Shown one piece after another: positions 10,701 to 20,679 of a DNA stretch of 32,232 bases. The stretch is from Catajapyx aquilonaris (lineage: Eukaryota). The stretch spans positions 1 through 32,232 of the forward strand of contig JYFJ02004430.1 of the NCBI GenBank assembly GCA_000934665.2, read 5' to 3'. The first letter of the stretch is position 1. Each line of letters begins with the position of its first letter. A model generated the notes under the pieces. It was not told where the DNA came from. It saw only the letters and a program-made list of their open reading frames with translations, and searched no databases. The translations under genes were made by a program, and so were the position numbers.

Positions 10701-13700
10701 AGGATCCTTTAAATTGAGCAATGGTTTATCACAGGAGATGAGGCAATCAATACCACGAGACATGGGGGAGAGGCCAGCAGGGGTTTTGGGAAGGCTGCAT
10801 CCATCATATTGATGGTCTTTTGTAAAGTGGAAGGAGATGCAAGAACTCCCAAGAAAATTCACACAGAACTCCAAGAGAACATATATTTTTCAAATCATTA
10901 TCCCAGAAAAAACTGCTACCCAGGGGCTGTTTTAGTCTACATAAAAATTAATAATTGCCATTCAAGATAGGGGAACGAGGCTAATTAAAAGTTGCATAAA
11001 TCAGTCCATATAGCCAGTCATAGTGCAACACAAGGGGACACCATCTCTAAATGGGCTCACCTCTGACTTGACAAAGTGTGTTGACAATTCTCTCTGCATT
11101 GGCTTCTGTTAGGAATGGATTGCTACTTTGACTCTGAGATCCTATTGAATCTGACTGTGACAATCCAACTGTCCTTCGAGCAACTTCAGCCAAAGCACCA
11201 ATACCCAATCCTGCAGCCAATGTTCCATAGGACACCAAGCGACCTACTTGAGAGGCTGGTACACGCCTCTCCTTCGCTTTAACACTTAGCTAGAGAAAAA
11301 AAAAATCAGACAATCACTCAATGTAATGCAAATATGAATTGAAAGACATTACTGCTGGCTTCCTGGCAACTGCATCATAAACTTCATGTTCCTTTTGTGA
11401 AATTTGGGGACCCTGTGAAGGGAGCTCCAATGGTGTGTAATGCTTGGGAGACACAGGCTTAGGTGTACGTTTATCTGGCTTGACTTGTTTGGTTGCAAAT
11501 TCTTCATTCTTGAGTTCTGGTCGTTCAACTGAAACTATTGTTGGTTTTGAATTTGGTTTCCTATGCGTCTCGTCTACTGGGGCCGCTGCTTGAGCTGGCG
11601 TAGCTTGAGAGCCTTGAGTACCTACTCCTTCCATGGCTTGTTCATGATGCCCAGAAGCTTCAGGTTTCATTCCATCTATGACTGTCTTCTGCATTAGACC
11701 TGTCAACAAATTTCATATCAATATGGACCCTTGGCATACACAAATCATAGGCAATGTAAATAAGCTACAGTCTCATAAAGTTAATGAACTAGACTAATAG
11801 TTCCCATGTTGCAGCATGCATATTGATGAACCATGAGGAGATAGATGGTGGTATGCAGTGACAAATCCCAATTAGAACAAATTATAATTATAATCGCATA
11901 CAAAGTTATCCTAATGTCATTATTTTGTCGAGTTCTTCTTAGTGCATAAAAGAACACACAACCCCCATCCTTCTTTCCACAAACATTTAAAGTAGAGCCC
12001 TTGCTAAATGAAAATTAATAAGGTGTAGTACCTATTCCTGCAATGTTATAGAACAGGGTCCCTGATCTGGATGTCAAATAAGGGGTACTTTGCAAGCACA
12101 TGGCTCTAACTTCAAGACATAAGTTTTCTTAATTTTCTTAATTTTAATGCATGGACACTTTTAAAAAATTTACAATTTTTTTACCCCATTAGAGGGAATG
12201 AAGCCCTTTTGAGGGGGTGGATTACCACCATCAAGATTGATTTTCTGTTATCCTTCAGTCACCACGCAAGGACATTAAGGATGTAGGGTAAGGATGGGGG
12301 GAGTTGGGAGGGGACACAGGTGCAAGTGCAATGTCTGAAAAGGGTCATGTGCAGTCCCCCAGGAGGCCGGTTGCCAAGACTTAGGCGTGGGCCAGAGACC
12401 CAGTGACGCAGGCAAAAGGTAACTCCCAGGCGGGGATTAGAACCTTTCGCACAGCAAGCCGAGACGTTACCATCTTGGCCACCACACCTTCCCCAATGGA
12501 CCCTATTAATCAATTCTGAAGATTTATAGGGTCCATTACATTAAACCAGTTTTTAAAATTTTTTAAGGGGTCTTCTGGTGATGATTGGGTATTGCAGAAA
12601 GGAGGGAGGGGGTGGAAGTGTGCAAAGCAAGGAGCCCAGGGAAGCTGCATCAGCTATCATGGGTTTCATTTACACTTGGAATTAACCATAGTCTCTGACC
12701 CCTGAAATTATTACCAAACCTGGTTTAATTAACACATTCCTTGGGCATGAATAGTTTTCAGGGTAGGCAGCATTTGCAGTGCTTGTAAATATGTTAAATT
12801 TGGTGACCTTAACTCACCAGTATTGTACCACAGAGTAGTGGTTCTAAAGATGTGGTTTGCAATCCACTAGTGGGCCGTGGCCTCATCAAAAATTCAAATT
12901 CTTTATCACAGTTTGACTGATAATTGAAAATTTGCTCATAGGCATGTAAGGAGATCAAGTGGGATGCAGGATACCTTTGTTCATGCATAAGTGGGCTGTG
13001 ACCAACAAAGTTTGAGGAGTGCTGTCACAGAAGGGTCATGTGACAAACCTTGGAGTTAATAATAGTGCAGTGTACTATAGGCTTCAAAGCACAGAGAGAG
13101 TCAACTTAGTGCTTACTAAAGATCTGAATGTGAACTCTCAAAAATTATTGTCTTTGCCTACATTTCTAACTATCATAGATGCCCAATAAATCTAATCAGG
13201 CATTATGGAAAAATATTGTGTCGTGGCTGAGAAAGTTGATATCATACCTGTTGCATGATATGCATATTGCTTGATTCCTTCAGCAACCACACGTGACCGC
13301 TGATAAGTTTCTGACACAGTGTATCCCACATTTTCCTGGAATATCATATTTAAATCATTTAATCCTGTGGCTAATATCCATATAATCATTATATTAAATA
13401 TTCACTTATTATCTCACTGTTATGTAACTATGCTGTAGTCCCGATTATCCAGGTGCCGATTATCCATGTTGTGGATTACCCATGCATTGCCAAAAAAATT
13501 AATAAGAAATAAAAGTCTGAAAGAATGTCTCTATGTCTTGCAATTATATAACTGACTTTTTCCAGTTATTTTTATTAAACCTTATTTAAAGCAGAATACA
13601 GTATGTACAGTAGTTCAACGGTATCTAAATAAGACCATATTCAGATAATCCGTCTTTTACGATTCTCCGAACCCACCCGTGTATTCATTAGCAAGGATAA

Positions 13701-14423
13701 TCAGGAGTACAGTGTTATTGTTCATGGCAACACCATGCTTCAAGACATCTTATACGGTCACAAAAAACTACAAAATTCTGAAGCTATCGAGTTGGACCTG
13801 CAGCCAAAAGACATGGGTTCGACTAGCTTCTAGAGCTGCCAGAACTTGGAAAAAAGACAATTCCTCTGCGGGTGGTGAGGCAGGCTGGGAGACGTGAGGG
13901 AGACATGGTGGGAGGGGATGGGGGTGGAGCAGGGAGCAGGAAATATAGGCCCTCAGCTGTTTTTATTCTTCTCTCCAGATTTTATCAATTTATGGCTAAC
14001 TCATGCATCATATCGTATCACAAATATACAGTATCTATTACGATAAAAGATGAGAATCAATGTGGATCAATATATCATATGCCGCAAAGCTGCACAGTGT
14101 TTCGAAGTGATTTCATGCTTTTTGCCACTGTCAAAGTGCACTCAAACCCAATCATTACTAGCACCGTTTGTGTGTATCCACTTGGATAGCAGTTTTATTA
14201 ATATATGATGTAATTGCCTGATACATACTTGCACTGAGTCCGTAGAACTTACAGCTGGTTTGGATGACTTTTCCTCTTGCCTCTTCATACTCCCCATCAC
14301 ATGGGGCCTTATGCTGGAATTCTTCCAAGCCTTGTCCCAGTGGGAGACTTGCACGTCTGCTGCCGCCTTCGCAACCTTCTCAAGGCCACGCAGAACAGAC
14401 AGGAAGTCATTTACTCTGGACAT
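4563..14423 (-). CDS. COQ8: Atypical kinase COQ8 (ADCK3/4, UbiB family), mitochondrial; spliced CDS, 3'-incomplete. Exons 14423-14229, 13335-13248, 11699-11353, 11289-11061, 10050-9926, 9855-9630, 9567-9427, 6156-5954, 4715-4563
   Basis: Nine exons join in frame across GT-AG introns (1707 nt, 569 aa); KxGQ motif (KLGQ), A-rich loop [24 protein letters not shown] and LLDFGA motifs. Confidence 0.96.
5954..6156 (-). CDS. COQ8: COQ8 coding exon 8 ([11 protein letters not shown]...[18 protein letters not shown])
   Basis: Catalytic loop; ttttag acceptor and AAG|gtgaga donor. Confidence 0.95.
6211..7039. mobile_element. Non-autonomous DNA transposon with ISL2EU-type ends
   Basis: AAT|GGGGAACTAGCCTT ... 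AAGGCTAGTTCCCC|ATT: 14-bp TIR, AT dinucleotide on both sides; CpG-rich interior. Confidence 0.7.
6392..6544. mobile_element. 153-bp palindromic MITE with 3-bp TSD (Harbinger-like), nested in 6211-7039
   Basis: Whole element is an imperfect palindrome centred on 6468; GAA on both sides (6389-6391, 6545-6547). Confidence 0.82.
7434..8058. mobile_element. pogo/Tigger-type MITE, 625 bp
   Basis: TIR CA(A/G)TAAAACTTCTATAAGTCGAA, TA on the right; five tandem 16-bp subterminal units TTCGAGTTAGAGAAGA at 7480-7557 and scattered copies near the right end. Confidence 0.88.
8629..8773. mobile_element. Right-end fragment of a hAT-type element
   Basis: Cluster of TTAGCGG/CCGCTAA subterminal motifs ending in GCCCACCTTTG; left end not found. 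Confidence 0.5.
9427..9567 (-). CDS. COQ8: COQ8 coding exon 7 ([24 protein letters not shown]...)
   Basis: Conserved ELxWEVDYxREA; splice phases 1/1 match neighbours. Confidence 0.95.
9630..9855 (-). CDS. COQ8: COQ8 coding exon 6 ([11 protein letters not shown]...[11 protein letters not shown])
   Basis: UbiB A-rich loop and ATP-binding lysine; flanked by 70- and 62-nt introns. Confidence 0.96.
9926..10050 (-). CDS. COQ8: COQ8 coding exon 5 ([13 protein letters not shown]...VRQSADFMP)
   Basis: KxGQ motif; canonical splice sites. Confidence 0.96.
10086..10229. mobile_element. piggyBac-type MITE, 144 bp
   Basis: TTAA|CCCTGTAATGCCC ... GGGCATTACAGGG|TTAA with internal inverted repeat CACACCATTTAGTGCAATTT. 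Confidence 0.9.
11061..11289 (-). CDS. COQ8: COQ8 coding exon 4 ([11 protein letters not shown]...[10 protein letters not shown]...[13 protein letters not shown])
   Basis: Gly-zipper transmembrane segment typical of COQ8; 63-nt intron upstream. Confidence 0.95.
11353..11699 (-). CDS. COQ8: COQ8 coding exon 3, low-complexity N-terminal extension
   Basis: Open frame, ttgacag acceptor and GCA|gtaatg donor, phases 1/0 bridge exons 2 and 4. Confidence 0.85.
12255..12494 (-). mobile_element. Older tRNA-derived SINE, family 2
   Basis: Minus strand A box TGGCCAAGATGG, B box GGTTCTAATCC; 3' part aligns with the 3' domain of family 1; 3' boundary approximate. Confidence 0.75.
12836..13024. mobile_element. 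Decayed hAT (Charlie-type) MITE
   Basis: TAGTGGTTCTAAA ... TTTGAGGAGTGCTG ends; degenerate 8-bp TSD CCACAGAG/TCACAGAA. Confidence 0.55.
13248..13335 (-). CDS. COQ8: COQ8 coding exon 2 ([29 protein letters not shown])
   Basis: ttccag acceptor, CAG|gtatga donor, phases 0/1 fit. Confidence 0.85.
13431..13714. mobile_element. Decayed pogo/Tigger-type MITE, same family as 937-1841
   Basis: TA|TGCTGTAGTCCCGATTATCC ... GGATAATCAGGAGTACAGTG; interior homologous to 937-1841 in reverse. Confidence 0.75.
14229..14423 (-). CDS. COQ8: COQ8 coding exon 1 ([20 protein letters not shown]...)
   Basis: ATG 4 nt after a cttgtag acceptor; amphipathic basic N-terminus; two candidate in-frame donors (exon end 14229 or 14253). 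Confidence 0.85.
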
Positions 14424-14545
14424 CTTCCTACAAGAATCGATGTCATCACTCTTGATGTTTTATGGTCATGCCTTTTGGCACAATAAAGCCGCCCACTCCC
14501 CTAATAAATTACATACTGTTCTATTCATGAACACTGACTGCATAC

Positions 14546-14660
14546 CTTTGCTGACACGTATTTACTGCAAAATAGGAGCTTTGCTATTGGCGATGAGGAT
14601 CAGTAGAAGCCCACTCCCTCCGAAACGTGCTCCATAGCTGCACGCCGCCATGCTTCATTC
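14546..14660 (-). promoter_or_regulatory. Probable non-coding first exon and TSS region of COQ8
   Basis: AAG|gtatgc donor at 14545 pairs with the acceptor at 14428 (118-nt intron); CpG-rich; YY1-like AAGCATGGCGGC at 14644-14655. Confidence 0.6.
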
Positions 14661-15058
14661 GATGTACTCTAAGCACACCGCAGTGTCGACAATTGGTAAC
14701 ACTAGTTTTAAACACAAATAACCCATAAAAATTAATAATCTGTCGTAGTAAAAATATGGCATTGTATTTTAAATTAATAATGCTGTAAAAAAATTTATGG
14801 GTGTGCCTAGCCTCGGGTTGAAATAGGGCACTAATAAAGTGGAAATAAATTTATTAATACAAAGTAACTGTTCTAGTTATAAAAATTTTAATACCTCGAT
14901 TTTGATCCATGCTTCTTCGGCACTCGATTAAATATATTAAAATGCCCTGCTTAATGCCAACCTCTGTGTGACGTCACGGATTCCCTTGACCCCCAAATCG
15001 GGCAGGGAAGGGGCGTGGCCTAATGTCCAGGCTAATGACGTCATGATACACCTGATAC

Positions 15059-16540
15059 CAGGGTTGTTACAGGTGGGCCCGACCCCCAAAAAAACCCACC
15101 TAAAAAGTAAAAATCCACCTTGGCTATTTCAGTTTTTCATCCTAATGTTGAAAAAATTTTAAGTATTCGACACACTGACACCGTCCACAACAATATCTCC
15201 AACTCGTCAACTCCCACTCTCCCAGTCTGGCAGTCTCCCATCCAAGATCCAATTGAAGCAGTGAGAACCAGAAGTTGTTAAGTCCATTTTTGCCATTTTT
15301 TCAGGAGAGCAGTTTGAAAGTTTCAAATAATGTTTGACGTACCTTTCGAGCTTTCGTTGACATTAGAGTCTCGGTAATTTTTTTGTGGTATCACTACTAT
15401 TGTAAGTTAATGTAATGTAAATATGGAGTATCTAGTGCCTACACTGCAGGAGAAAAAAATAATTTCCGTCTTGGACTTAGCAACTTCTGGCTTGCAGAAA
15501 TTTTAATTTTAATTTTTTTAACCACTTAAATGAGGAAATGCAAGGAAATAATATCTCCTAAATTAATTTTAGTCCCTTTATTAGGCCTGAATGTGATGAC
15601 AATAAATTGTTTTTTTTTTGAAGGCCTTTTTTGGACTTATCAACATCTGGCATCTGGGAAATTTCTCTTCAAAGAGTATCCCCGTCTGAAAAGACTTTTT
15701 TTAAAAAAAAATAATAACTGGGGTAGTGCTTTCACCCCCAACTGGGGGTATATCACACGTTCCTTTATTTTTGTTATTATTATTGTACAGTAGCTGGTGC
15801 AGGGACAGGGTAGGGATAGGAGGGAGGGACACTGGTGCATGTGCAATGTCTCAAGTTGGGGGTCGTGTGCAGTCCCTCAGGGGGTCCGTTCGCCAAGATG
15901 GCTCCCCTAGATGCGGGTCAGAAACCCCCGACTGACCCGCATCTCCTCCAGGACAGGGAAAGGAGGGAAGCGGCTGTGGCCTATATTACGGTACGATCCC
16001 GGAAATTATTCCTGGAGCGACCTTGGAAAACCACAGAAAACCAAGGTCAGGATCGCCGGCCTCCGGGGTTCGAACCCAGGACCTCCCGATTAGCAGTCGG
16101 ATACCAAATCCCCCTCCGCTACCACTGCTTCGGTGTCTGAAAAGACTTGTAATCATCTGGCTCTGATAAAACATTTTTCTATGAAAATATGCCTGATAGC
16201 GACCCAGAATTTGCACTGATCTCAAAATCGCCAAAAATGGACTTAGCAATAACTTCTGGTTCTTTCTGCTTCAATTTGCAAATTCGAACTGCGTCAGCGA
16301 GGAATTCCCTCGCATCTTGCACAGTCATTGGTTCTCCTGAGTGGCGCATCATTTTAAATAGCATTCAAGATTTCCAGTGGACATTACGCAGTGATGAAAC
16401 GATACATATAATTGCCAGAAAAACACCTAAAACCCCAAAAACCCAATAAAACCCCCAAAAAACCCAATAAAACCCCCAAAAAACCCAATAAAACCCATGT
16501 GGGTTGTTTTTTTTTAAACCCCGGGTTTTTTCCAACCCTG
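15059..16540. mobile_element. Non-autonomous hAT element containing a SINE
   Basis: TIR CAGGGTTG; perfect 8-bp TSD CCTGATAC (15051-15058, 16541-16548); AAAACCC subterminal repeats. Confidence 0.9.
15698..16134 (-). mobile_element. tRNA-derived SINE, family 1, copy B
   Basis: Collinear with 1284-1620; 14-bp TSD GTCTGAAAAGACTT (15684-15697, 16135-16148). Confidence 0.93.
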
Positions 16541-17029
16541 CCTGATACACTATGCAACAAAAACGAACATAAATCAATTTTCTCTCTCTCTGTCAATGGA
16601 AATCCATCGTCATTTCCATATTTCGTAGGTCACTCGTAACTCATAATGACCATTCATTTGGTCTGAAATTTGGTTTTGACCTCGCGGGACAGTCGAAAAA
16701 CCAAAATCCTCAAATATAGGGTATTAGCCGGGATCATTCCGAATCAAATGGGCCGAAATGTTACTAGAAGAGTCTAGAACTAGATCATCTCCGATTTTGG
16801 TGAAAAAAAAACACAACTGTACCACAGCTTTTCACACAATAATTTATTGTGCCCGGCACAAAATGGAAATACAAGATGGCCAACCGCGGTGGACTTATCG
16901 GAATTATTTTTGCGATAATTCCAGCAAAATAATTGACAGTTAAATTAAGCTAAACTATTTTCGGGCGGGAGTTCAGTTTAAATAATTAATCATTCGGAAC
17001 TTTGGGTGCTCCGGGTGCTCACCCCTTCC

Positions 17030-17182
17030 GAGCGTTCATTTTTGTTTCTTTTTGTGAAAAGAACAAAAATTGTCCTGGATGGAACAGGTGTTTATTTGTG
17101 CTGCACAAAAATTGTCAAGGAAACAAAATTATTCTGGCATAAATTTTGTCCAGAACAAAAATTATGCCTGTGGAAACAGGCC
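17030..17182. mobile_element. Right end of a Harbinger/Tourist-type MITE
   Basis: Repeated ACAAAAATT motifs ending GTGGAAACAGGCC|TTA; left end not found. Confidence 0.5.
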
Positions 17183-17569
17183 TTAAGACAGAATTTTTGT
17201 GGATAAAGAGAATATAAGCTGTAGGCTGCTCTCACTGTATTATAAAACGATATAATTATATTGTATTATATTTATGGAGTTGACAAAATGTGGAGGAAGG
17301 AATAAGGGAAAGACTGATCATGATTTTGATTTGTACTTTTATATTGTCATACATGAATGGGCTCTAATGTACTGGTACTGGTACTCAAGTGTCTATTACC
17401 TCCATATTACTCGAACAAACCTCGTAATAACAACACCTGCCTTGTAAGTTCTTGAATTGGCGCCTCGTATGTGAATACGCTCAATCGGGGCCCCACCTCG
17501 TGCGCACTAGGCTCAGGCCCCGCACACTACACTGCCTTTTAGAAGCATCCTCCATCACCCCCTCTCTCG

Positions 17570-17701
17570 TGTGTGACGTTCTGATCCAAATTGTTTTGGT
17601 TAGGAACAACAGCTGATGGCACACTAGGGTCCGTGTTGCGACAGCCCTGCAGTCCCATCGTGAGAGTGTGGTTGTTTTATTGTTGGACGACGACTGTTTT
17701 G
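17570..17701 (+). promoter_or_regulatory. Probable non-coding first exon of YPEL5
   Basis: CpG-rich segment ending in TTG|gtaagc donor at 17702; candidate acceptors at 17844 and 17866 upstream of the ATG; start approximate. Confidence 0.5.
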
Positions 17702-17876
17702 GTAAGCAGCTTTCCTGCTTGGTGATTCACAATAATACAGACTGGCAATGGCATTGGCGATCAATCTGTTGTGGCAGCCTGTGTTGTGTACTGCTAGAAG
17801 GTTCATTCTTGTTATATGATGATTAAATTGCACTTAATTTGCAGATTTCATTACTGCCATTTGTAGCTAAAGAGAA

Positions 17877-18037
17877 ATGGGACGCATATTCCTGGACCAC
17901 ATTGGTGGGACGCGGCTGTTCTCATGTGCCTCCTGCGACACCATCCTAACCAATAGGAGTGAGCTCATTAGCACCAGGTTCACTGGGGCTACTGGACGAG
18001 CTTTCCTGTTCAACCGAGTGGTCAACCTCAACTTCAG
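17877..18037 (+). CDS. YPEL5: YPEL5 coding exon 1
   Basis: ATG in AAAATGG-like context (gaaATGG); CAG|gtatat donor. Confidence 0.96.
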
Positions 18038-20268
18038 GTATATTGAAGTTACACTACATTTCAGTAAGTAGATCCGTATTTTTGCAGCAAGATCGTACAA
18101 GCCTGTACGCTTGTGTATGATGTTGGTTGCTCAGTATACCTTGGTGTTTGTAATTTTGTGGCTGTGTTCCCCCTCCTGCAAATCTCCCCCTTCCCACACC
18201 CTAACAAGCAATTTCTTTTTCTTGGTTCGGGTGACATACATCTTTGGCAATAGTTCGGTGCGAATTACTTTGCGTCAAGGTGGCTAGCTCAAGAGGTTAC
18301 AATTGTTGCTTGACACTTTTTGAGGACTTTTTTTCAACCATTGAAACACACCGGCCAGTTTTCGTATATATGGGGGTATTTGGATGGGGAAAATCTAGGC
18401 TATTTGAGGAAATTCATGCTCATACAACCGTGACTTTTTATCTGAGAATTTTTGTCAACTAATGTGAATTACTCCTGTGGCCCTACGAGTACAATATATC
18501 CCTTTTAATAAATAAAATGTGGAAGTCTACCTGTAAGGGCCGGAAGACCCACACAGTGTTGAATAAATGCATTCATTCATTCATTTTAGCAAGAATATGA
18601 ACAAATCCCACTTTATACCAACATAGCCCACTATACTGGCATGCTGCTTTTATCCAAAAATATGATACTTGGTAGGATCCTTTGGCCATGAAATTATTTT
18701 AAAAACTCAATTGGACTGCTAGGACCTGCCCACTTTTGGCATGTAGGGCTTCCCCACAACCTCAACAATGTCTGTAACCCACAATTGCACTGTTTTTGGT
18801 GTAAAATTAAAAAATATCCATGAACAGTCCAGTTAGGGTGGCCTGCAGGCTCCCTGTCACAGGGAATGACCAGGTTGTGTTAAGGGGGGGATAAAGATAA
18901 TTTGGGAGTTAAGTTTTCGCTAACTAACACCAGCAGAACAGTTTTTTTTTTTTGTGGAAGTGTAACTGACCTCTCTTTTACACGTGTGTGGTACTTTTCC
19001 CATATTCTTAATATAGTATTTTTAAAAGTCATTTGCATAAGGGAGTAAATTACACCGTCGCGAAATTTTAAGTGATGTCGTAACAAGCACCCAAATATGC
19101 GCAAAAAATTGGTGCTCCTGACCCGTGAAGCCGATTTTTATGTTTAGCTATAACCTCGGCAAATCATAATTTTGTCAAAATTTGACTGAATTGAGAACTA
19201 CTAGAAGTTGGGGGAACCCTAATTTTCACGCTAGTTCTAGGAAACTAAATTTGGCGGAAAAGGTGGCTGAGGGAGGACATTCAAAGGAAACGCCGTGCGA
19301 AGTGTCGTGAGAAGAACATCATGACAATGTGCCGGCTGACGCAGCGTTTGCCATGCAGGAATTATTGTCATCCCACATCATGACGATTGTCCCTCAGCCA
19401 CCTTTTTCGCCAGATTTAGCTTCCTGTGACTTCCTCTTCCCGAAAATAAAAATAAAGCTGAAAGGAAGAAGGTTTGACTCAGTAAACCAGGTCTATGAAG
19501 AATCGCAGGCAGTGCTGAAAGCCCTAACAAAAAATGACTTCCACAAAGCATTCCAATCTTGGGAAGAGTACTCTGACGTCAGTTGTAAGAAGACCGTAAC
19601 TCAAAAACTAGTACGGGCGAAAGTCGCATGCATGCAGTGCACTAATCCACCCTGGCTCAGAGGGGATTAGTGCAGGGCATGCATGCGACTTTCGCCCTTA
19701 CTAGTTTTTGAGTTACGGTCTTCTTACATCTGACGGCAGTACTGGGATCGGTATCCATGTTCCAAAGGGGACTACTTCGAAGGTGATAAAGGAAAATAAG
19801 GTATGCAGTAAGCTAATGTTTCAGAAAAAAAATCTGTTCGCGAACTTTTGGGTAGTACCTCATACATACCTTCCCTATCCAGAGCATCATGCCAAAAGGT
19901 TTTTGTTTCCTGACCTCCCATAAAATGATCTGAAATAACCTGTTAGTGTTCATGAAGAATAACAATATAGAGATCCATGAGCCACCAGAAAGGAGACATA
20001 AGGTCCTCTGAACTAGATCACACTGGATGTCCTATTGGCTCAAGTATACTCATTGCAGCTCATTTTCAGTGAGGTACAAGATCGTGTGATGCTCACAGGA
20101 CGGCACATGGTTCGAGATGTGTCCTGCAAGAACTGCGATGCCAAGTTGGGATGGATCTATGAGTTTGCCACTGAAGAGAGCCAGCGCTACAAGGAAGGAA
20201 GAGTAATCCTGGAGAGGGCGCTGGTCACAGAGAGTGATGGGATAGAGGAGCACATGGGTGATGACTGA
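17877..20268 (+). CDS. YPEL5: Protein yippee-like 5, 119 aa; exons 17877-18037 and 20070-20268
   Basis: [20 protein letters not shown]...[23 protein letters not shown]...[13 protein letters not shown], two CxxC zinc motifs of the Yippee/Mis18 fold; phase-2 GT-AG intron 18038-20069. Confidence 0.97.
19258..19862 (+). pseudogene. 3' fragment of a mariner transposon (decayed transposase plus right TIR) in the YPEL5 intron
   Basis: HDN...[28 protein letters not shown]...WEEYWDR...KGDYFEGDK, then TIR TTCGCGAACTTTTGGGTAGTACCTCA|TA. Confidence 0.9.
19573..19739. mobile_element. 167-bp fold-back MITE with 4-bp TSD inserted in the mariner ORF
   Basis: ~75-bp inverted arms; TACT at 19569-19572 and 19740-19743; removal restores the transposase frame. 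Confidence 0.9.
20070..20268 (+). CDS. YPEL5: YPEL5 coding exon 2
   Basis: ttttcag acceptor; TGA at 20266-20268. Confidence 0.96.
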
Positions 20269-20673
20269 TTCTCAATTTATGCTGCAGAAATTAACATTTA
20301 TTCGGGACAGGACCAGGACCCTCCATAAGAGAGGGCCGAAAAGTGGCAAGTTTTAAATTGTCGGGCTAAATGACATGAGGTAGTGTTCCTCCTCGTACCA
20401 GTTATGAGGAGAAATAATAATTTCCATTCAGATTACTGCCAGTATCATTTAATGTAGAATGATGTGCATCAAGGTGGGAAAGATATATTTTGAAGTCATT
20501 ATATGTATTGCATTTGAGGGAAGCCAATCATCATTTTCAGAAAATCATGACAACAGCCTTATTCAGAAAGCAAATTTAAATGCTGGCTAAAATGAAATAG
20601 AATCCATTGAATTTGATTTTTATCCCTACCTGAGAATTGGAATTATCTAGCTTTTAATTAATCATTATCCTGG

Positions 20674-20679
20674 AATAAA
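20674..20679 (+). terminator. Candidate polyadenylation signal of YPEL5
   Basis: First AATAAA I find after the stop codon. Confidence 0.4.

Noticed and set aside
16420..16497. AAAACCC-rich repeat resembling telomeric DNA, and Lys/Pro-rich ORFs
   Set aside because: A ~21-bp subterminal tandem repeat of the 15059-16540 hAT; not TTAGG or TTAGGG.
14889..16726. Possible outer element with TAATACC...GGTATTA ends around the 15059 hAT
   Set aside because: Similarity beyond 7 bp is too weak to call.
17616..17627. Three-codon uORF (MAH*) in the putative YPEL5 leader
   Set aside because: Too short to distinguish from chance, and the exon itself is only inferred.
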